Below, in pieces: positions 61,307-64,000 of a DNA stretch of 64,000 nt. The notes under the pieces were generated by a model. The model was not told the DNA's origin and did no database searches. It was given only the letters and a program-made list of their open reading frames with translations. Positions within the stretch are counted from its first letter, which is position 1. Each line of letters opens with the position of its first letter. This DNA is from a virus (taxonomy: Duplodnaviria; Caudoviricetes): positions 174,844 to 238,843 of IMG/VR virus record IMGVR_UViG_3300035498_000371; one strand, written 5' to 3'. The translations under genes and the position numbers were made by a program.

Positions 61307-62428
61307 TTGACAAATAATATCTTAAGAATAGTAAGTATAGCTGATATTCATTTTGGAGTTATAGATCCAAAGTTCGAATATGAAGTACTTACAAGAGATT
61401 TTACATCTAGGATTGCTAATATTGATTTTGATATGATAGCAATATGTGGAGATCTATTTGATCTAAAAATGATGAGCAATAATCCAGCAGTATCTTACGC
61501 AATAAGATTCGTGGATGATCTCGTTCAATTATGCAGTATGAGAGATGCTACTCTAATGATAATAGAGGGCACTCAATCACATGATAATGGGCAGCTAAGT
61601 TTGTTCTATCACTATATGAATATTCCTACAATAGACGTTCGTATAGTAGAACAAATAAAATTCGAGCAAGTCAAAGGAGTACGAATTCTATGTATTCCTG
61701 AAAAGTATGGTATTCCAGAAGATGAATATAAAAGAATATTATTCGAATCTGGAGGGTATGACTTATGCTTTTTACATGGAACGTTCAGAGGCTCATTCTC
61801 TGGTTCTGATGTGGCTACATTAAACTCTAATCATACTCCGATATTCTCTATGGGTAATTTTGATAATTGTGGAGGGCCTATATTGATGGGGCATTACCAT
61901 ATTCCTGGATGCTATGCTGAATACGCATATTACAATGGTTCAGCAGTAAGATTTAGGTTTGGTGAAGAGCAAGAAAAAGGATTCTTAATAACAGCGTACG
62001 ATACGATTACTCGTCGGCATTATACTGAATTAATCCCAATCCATTCTCATAGTTATACTACAATAAATATTGAGCATTTAATTAATCAAGATCCTAAAGT
62101 TATTATCGATTATATAAAGAAAGAGAAAGAAACTAAAGGAATAGATTATATTAGACTTCAATATAATTACTCTAATGAGAATATGAACGTTGTGAAAAAT
62201 TATTTCAGAAATGTAGGCAACGTTAAGTTCAAAGAGCTTGGTAAGAAGGACAGGCAAATGGAACAGATCGATCAAGAAATATTAGAGAAGAATTCTCAAT
62301 ACTCGTATATTCTTGATAACGATATAGGCGATTACGATAAGTTCTGCATGTATGTGAACCAGAATGAAGGTTACGATTTCATAACAACAGAAGAACTAAT
62401 CAAATTATTAGAAGACGGAGGTATTTAA
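61307..62428 (+). CDS. sbcD: SbcD/Mre11-like metallophosphoesterase nuclease
   Basis: ADIHFG, GDLFD, GTQSHD, HG, GHYH, YNGS motifs. Confidence 0.85.
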   Translation: MTNNILRIVSIADIHFGVIDPKFEYEVLTRDFTSRIANIDFDMIAICGDLFDLKMMSNNPAVSYAIRFVDDLVQLCSMRDATLMIIEGTQSHDNGQLSLFYHYMNIPTIDVRIVEQIKFEQVKGVRILCIPEKYGIPEDEYKRILFESGGYDLCFLHGTFRGSFSGSDVATLNSNHTPIFSMGNFDNCGGPILMGHYHIPGCYAEYAYYNGSAVRFRFGEEQEKGFLITAYDTITRRHYTELIPIHSHSYTTINIEHLINQDPKVIIDYIKKEKETKGIDYIRLQYNYSNENMNVVKNYFRNVGNVKFKELGKKDRQMEQIDQEILEKNSQYSYILDNDIGDYDKFCMYVNQNEGYDFITTEELIKLLEDGGI

Positions 62429-62429
62429 A

Positions 62430-62876
62430 ATGAAATACAAAAATCTTGAAGAGTGCATCAATGCAATTGATGATAAAGCTTTATCTATAGATGCTAGTTA
62501 TGCAGCATCTTTATCGCTTATTAACGCATTTTTTAGATGGAAAATGCTGGTGCATTTATTTTTCTTATATTTTCCAATGATTGCAGGGATTATATTTAAC
62601 TTCGGAGGATTTCGTAAGCAGATAACGATAGCTTTTGTAGCTTTACTGGTTATCGAATTCTTTGAGGCTTGCTTTGAGGATATCATAAGAAAGCATTATA
62701 CTGCTGAATATAATGAGTCTAAACTCATAATGGCAGAAAGAGAATTTACTAAGAATGATAACTATTATAATTATAGTGAAAAGCAGCGTGAAACTATTTT
62801 CACAATGCAAATCCTTCCAATTATAGGCTTATCTTCTGATATAAAGGAAAATAATGAAAGAAAGAATGAGCATTAA
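62430..62876 (+). CDS. Two-TM membrane protein
   Basis: Two hydrophobic helices. Confidence 0.55.
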   Translation: MKYKNLEECINAIDDKALSIDASYAASLSLINAFFRWKMLVHLFFLYFPMIAGIIFNFGGFRKQITIAFVALLVIEFFEACFEDIIRKHYTAEYNESKLIMAEREFTKNDNYYNYSEKQRETIFTMQILPIIGLSSDIKENNERKNEH

Positions 62877-62926
62877 TTTACCCTAAAACATGAAGGTATC
62901 AACTAAATCTAAGGTGGTACATGTAT

Positions 62927-64000
62927 ATGGAAAATAGACGGCAAAAGTACACCAAAGATCCGATTAAAAATAAAGACTTGAAAATAGATGTTAAATTCGA
63001 TATTACCGAATTGGATCTTATGTGTAATTATATAATAAGTGAAAATAAAAGCATACGTCGAGGCCATATCATAAATATGAGAAATCTGTTTCTTATAATG
63101 GATATGACTCCGTATGCTAATGATCAAGAAAGAATGTCTAGGATCAATTTTATAATGAAGGGAATTGAGGCTAGACTTGAATATAATTTAACCCAATCTA
63201 ATATGATATTAACTCACATTTATGGAGGATTAGGTTCAAATAAGAGTGGTAATTTTAAAGAGTTAGCCACATATGAAGTTGATTGGATAAATCAAACAAT
63301 ATCCGAAACTTTAAAATATTCCATAATCTATAATGATGTAGATTATGGATTGGCTTTGTTAACCAAATTTAAAGCAACGCACTACGCAGAACGAGGACCT
63401 ATAGTAAAAGATATAGAAGCATGGGCTGCAAGTCTGAATAATAAATTTAGAAAAGCAAGAGCGAATAAAGCTGATGATTTAACTTTCTCTTTGATGGGGG
63501 AATCTTATAATGAAGCTGTTAGAGAAACATATCGACAGTTAGCATCCCCATCAAATAGATTACAGTTTGGAACTCAAGCATTAAATGCTCTTACTGGTGG
63601 TGGGGTAGAGTCAGGAAGAGTTTATACGTTATTAGGTTTGCCTGGAGAGGGTAAATCTTCTACATTGCTTGATATGGCTATACAGCTTAAGAGGTATAAC
63701 AAAAATTATGTGTGTAAAGATCCAACTAAGAGACCATGTGTTGTTCTATTAGTAATGGAGAATGGTATTAAGGAATCAGTACAGAGAATATTTAGCATGT
63801 GTATTGGAAAAGACATGCTTAATTATACTGAGGATGAGGTTGTAGAATTACTCAAATCTAAGGGCAATTTAAATATAGCTGATAATGACCCGATTGATAT
63901 TATAATCAAATTTAGACCTAATTTATCTGAGGATACATCTTATTTATATACATTAACAGAAGACTTGGAAGACGATGGTTATGAAGTTATATGCGTATTG
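62927..64000 (+). CDS. dnaB: DnaB-like replicative helicase, truncated by the window end
   Basis: Open frame MENRRQKY... with LNALTGGGVESGRVY, Walker A GLPGEGKS and VMEN; missing from the ORF track because it has no stop in the window. Confidence 0.8.
   Translation, partial: MENRRQKYTKDPIKNKDLKIDVKFDITELDLMCNYIISENKSIRRGHIINMRNLFLIMDMTPYANDQERMSRINFIMKGIEARLEYNLTQSNMILTHIYGGLGSNKSGNFKELATYEVDWINQTISETLKYSIIYNDVDYGLALLTKFKATHYAERGPIVKDIEAWAASLNNKFRKARANKADDLTFSLMGESYNEAVRETYRQLASPSNRLQFGTQALNALTGGGVESGRVYTLLGLPGEGKSSTLLDMAIQLKRYNKNYVCKDPTKRPCVVLLVMENGIKESVQRIFSMCIGKDMLNYTEDEVVELLKSKGNLNIADNDPIDIIIKFRPNLSEDTSYLYTLTEDLEDDGYEVICVL

Noticed and set aside
4430-64000. Second DGR target elsewhere in the window
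   Set aside because: No further copy of the TR 3' end (GGCGTTCGCCTCCG) was seen by eye; remote targets outside the window remain possible
1-64000. tRNA or rRNA genes, and the many 60-120 aa antisense ORFs in the track
   Set aside because: No cloverleaf or rRNA-like sequence was recognised; the antisense ORFs lie within longer genes and lack RBSs

Overview
AT-rich, gene-dense segment of a jumbo phage genome. It encodes a split multisubunit RNA polymerase and carries phiKZ/AR9-like promoter motifs. The host is probably an anaerobic Firmicute (strong AGGAGG RBSs, class III RNR, Spo0A-like gene). Main contents: (1) a complete diversity-generating retroelement (target gene with VR 974-1061, avd, TR 2994-3081, RT) in a tail-gene context; (2) dNTP metabolism genes thyA, dut, folA, nrdD, nrdG; (3) two RNA polymerase beta'-like genes, one split by two group I introns, with one intron inside the catalytic DFD^GD motif; (4) nrdD split by two further group I introns flanking a 96-nt exon, one carrying a nonsense-inactivated HNH endonuclease; (5) large virion proteins and holin-like genes; (6) RNase HI, a PD-(D/E)XK nuclease, SbcD and a DnaB-like helicase cut by the window edge. 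The most unusual unexplained signal is a short C-terminal M-C-x-(I/Y/M)-(V/I) motif shared by at least five unrelated proteins, including the DGR Avd and a free-standing endonuclease. It may be a phage-specific targeting or docking tag. All calls come from reading the sequence by eye; no database searches were run.
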